From assembly GCA_964520015.1 (NCBI GenBank), contig CAZFMA010000038.1, positions 1-34,403 on the forward strand: DNA of 34,403 bases. The letters run 5' to 3'. Position numbers and translations under genes: made by a program. The notes beneath the pieces are model-generated. The model saw only the letters and a program-made list of their open reading frames with translations, ran no database searches and was not told where the DNA came from. Each line of letters begins with the position of its first letter. Within the stretch, counting starts at the first letter, position 1. Shown here one piece after another: positions 32,878 through 34,403 of the stretch. The DNA is from an uncultured Candidatus Saccharibacteria bacterium (lineage in GTDB: Bacteria; Patescibacteriota; Minisyncoccia; Phycocordibacterales; UBA2100).

Positions 32878-33267
32878 TTATCGAGCTTTCTTAGAAGTCT
32901 TCTTCACTTTTCTTCCGCTGACATCCTTACCGGTCTTTTGCATATGCTGCCATGCGGCCTTCATGTCGCGGGTCATCTGGAGTATTTCCGAAGACTTTAC
33001 GCCTGCGACCTTCTTGTAGCGTTTGAGTACTCCCCCTACGATACTCATGTACGCTTCCTTATCCAATTCACCTGCCTTTTTAATTGTCCGGTCGACGGCC
33101 TCGAGAACTTCTCCCCGAGCCTTAAGCATCCAGCTTCGTGCGCTTTTGCGATGACTCGCGGCATCTTTGGAGCCGTAGAACCAATACGCGGCCGCAGTTG
33201 CTGCTGCGGCCGCTCCTACGCCCATCGCGATTGTAGTTTTCGAAATTCCTTTTTTTGCTTTTGCCAT
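32878..33267 (-). CDS. YtxH-like small protein (N-terminal helix plus charged helical region)
   Basis: Internal ATG at 33267 gives MAKAKKGISKTTIAMGVGAAAAATAAAYWFYGSKDAASHRK.... The longer track ORF adds an Arg-rich extension that overlaps the upstream gene. Confidence 0.5.
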   Translation of the reverse strand: MAKAKKGISKTTIAMGVGAAAAATAAAYWFYGSKDAASHRKSARSWMLKARGEVLEAVDRTIKKAGELDKEAYMSIVGGVLKRYKKVAGVKSSEILQMTRDMKAAWQHMQKTGKDVSGRKVKKTSKKAR

Positions 33268-33313
33268 ACAAATTATTATTTTATAAACTTGTAATGTATC
33301 CGGACATCCGACC

Positions 33314-33616
33314 CTATTCCTCTGCTCCCGCCTCTTTCTTCCGTACACGCGATTTCGGGATCTGCCGCGCAATGAAAGCAAGTACCAATTCGACGATCGT
33401 TTTTACGCGGACCCCCTCCTCTTTTACACTCGAGCGCAACACTTCAAAGTCCTGCTCGAGCTCGTCGCTCGCCTTGCGCACTTTTTTGGCAACCACCCGT
33501 ACATCGCGCAAAATGTTGATAATGAAGTACAAGACGACGGCCATGCCTATGCTAATAATAACAACCGCTATCGCAGTTATAAAAAAGAAAATGTCTGCGT
33601 GGATTAATTCATCCAT
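33314..33616 (-). CDS. Small single-pass membrane protein, hypothetical
   Basis: 100-aa ORF with the helix IFFFITAIAVVIISIGMAVVLYFIINIL followed by a charged helical tail. Confidence 0.5.
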   Translation of the reverse strand: MDELIHADIFFFITAIAVVIISIGMAVVLYFIINILRDVRVVAKKVRKASDELEQDFEVLRSSVKEEGVRVKTIVELVLAFIARQIPKSRVRKKEAGAEE

Positions 33617-33672
33617 GTACTACAGTATACGTCACTTCCTGAAGAGAAGATGAAGTGGCTTGCGCGCAGCTA

Positions 33673-34377
33673 TTACCTGGTGTAGCGGAGAACACCTTCG
33701 CGATCCACGTACCCAAGTTCAAGCACCTCTGGAGTCAATTTTTCCAGCTTGAAGTTAATGGTTTTGCCAGACATCTTTATTTGAACGTAGACTGTATTGG
33801 GCTGAAGGGGAAATGGCACTTCCTTCCCGTTATCCGTAGTAAAGACCGTGTACATCCCGTTTACGAGACTCTTGTTATCGTACATGTCGCTCACAATAGC
33901 GCCTGCTCTGAATTCACGCACGAGCTTTGTATCGTCCGCACGGTGCCATTTACCCATGATGCTCTCACTCACCGTCCCAACGAGATCTTGCGGTCCGCCA
34001 CCACCTTCTGCTGCATCACCCCAATTCCATGGAGCCATGTCTCCATTCGGTTTTGGGTTACAAACCGTTGTTGCTTGACCTACCGTGAGCTGCACTTCTT
34101 CGCCCGCGCCGCCAAAAACAATAAACGTGCCCTGGGACTCGCCTTCGAAGTGCGCACCGTCTCCCATATGATTGAGTGTCGCGGTACCTGTAAACATTCC
34201 CTGCGAACCTGCAGTGACCATCACGCGCGACATATCTTCTGAAGGAGTCATGCTGAATTCCGAACCGTTGGCACACACATATGCGTAGTCACCCTGATCT
34301 CCCTTATTGTTCATGTACCAATATGCCCCGCCTCCTACAAGAATGACTGCTAAAACTACCCCTATGACTTTATTCAT
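33673..34377 (-). CDS. Membrane-anchored hypothetical protein; the N-terminal half is possibly MliC-like
   Basis: 234-aa ORF with the anchor MNKVIGVVLAVILVGGGAYWY. It is followed by a Y-x-C-x-x-G ... C pattern (YAYVCANGSEF ... TTVCNP) that is reminiscent of MliC-type domains. The functional call is weak. Confidence 0.55.
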   Translation of the reverse strand: MNKVIGVVLAVILVGGGAYWYMNNKGDQGDYAYVCANGSEFSMTPSEDMSRVMVTAGSQGMFTGTATLNHMGDGAHFEGESQGTFIVFGGAGEEVQLTVGQATTVCNPKPNGDMAPWNWGDAAEGGGGPQDLVGTVSESIMGKWHRADDTKLVREFRAGAIVSDMYDNKSLVNGMYTVFTTDNGKEVPFPLQPNTVYVQIKMSGKTINFKLEKLTPEVLELGYVDREGVLRYTR

Positions 34378-34403
34378 ACTGGGGAGTGTTGAACGACTTA
34401 CCA

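Noticed and set aside
1-34403. tRNA, rRNA, tmRNA or other classical RNA genes
   Set aside because: No intergenic segment is long enough or shows cloverleaf-like or otherwise recognisable conserved sequence. This was checked by eye only; a tRNAscan or Infernal run would be decisive.

Overview
This is a compact, gene-dense bacterial window of about 50% G+C with most genes on the minus strand. The gene content (a short Obg, a PaaX/Cas2-like regulator, many small membrane proteins) suggests an uncultivated Patescibacteria/CPR-like organism, but that is inference only. No rRNA, tRNA or CRISPR array was seen.

Gene content by region:
- 1-6591: partial inositol monophosphatase-family gene, then gnd-like, zwf, asd and thrA.
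- 6633-12670: MFS transporter, P2-type cation ATPase, small membrane proteins, DedA, and a high-GC membrane gene.
- 12782-15926: HI0933-type flavoprotein, a PaaX/Cas2-like gene, and obg.
- 16238-19542: secreted Gly/Ser-rich protein, beta-helix membrane protein, L,D-transpeptidase.
- 19629-26033: a ten-gene minus-strand putative copper cluster.
- 26141-34377: housekeeping genes (GIY-YIG, pseudouridine synthase, tgt, ABC-F, cyclophilin, SPFH), then nirK, an ATL-like protein and small envelope proteins.

Main second-look items:
1. A family of 114-134 bp MITE-like elements. They have related terminal inverted repeats (CCCCGT[TC]AG...) and 4-bp flanking direct repeats. They account for four of the longer intergenic gaps, supply stop codons, and abut start codons.
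2. A 923-bp segment carrying only the PaaX/Cas2-like gene, bracketed by a duplicated obg 3' end with a 27-nt identical core. This looks like an integration scar.
3. The copper cluster, in which the P1B ATPase carries CPD instead of the usual CPC/CPH motif and also contains a 29-nt hairpin made of the MITE terminus.
4. A NirK with a polytopic N-terminal membrane anchor.
5. A GC-rich 159-bp palindromic element.
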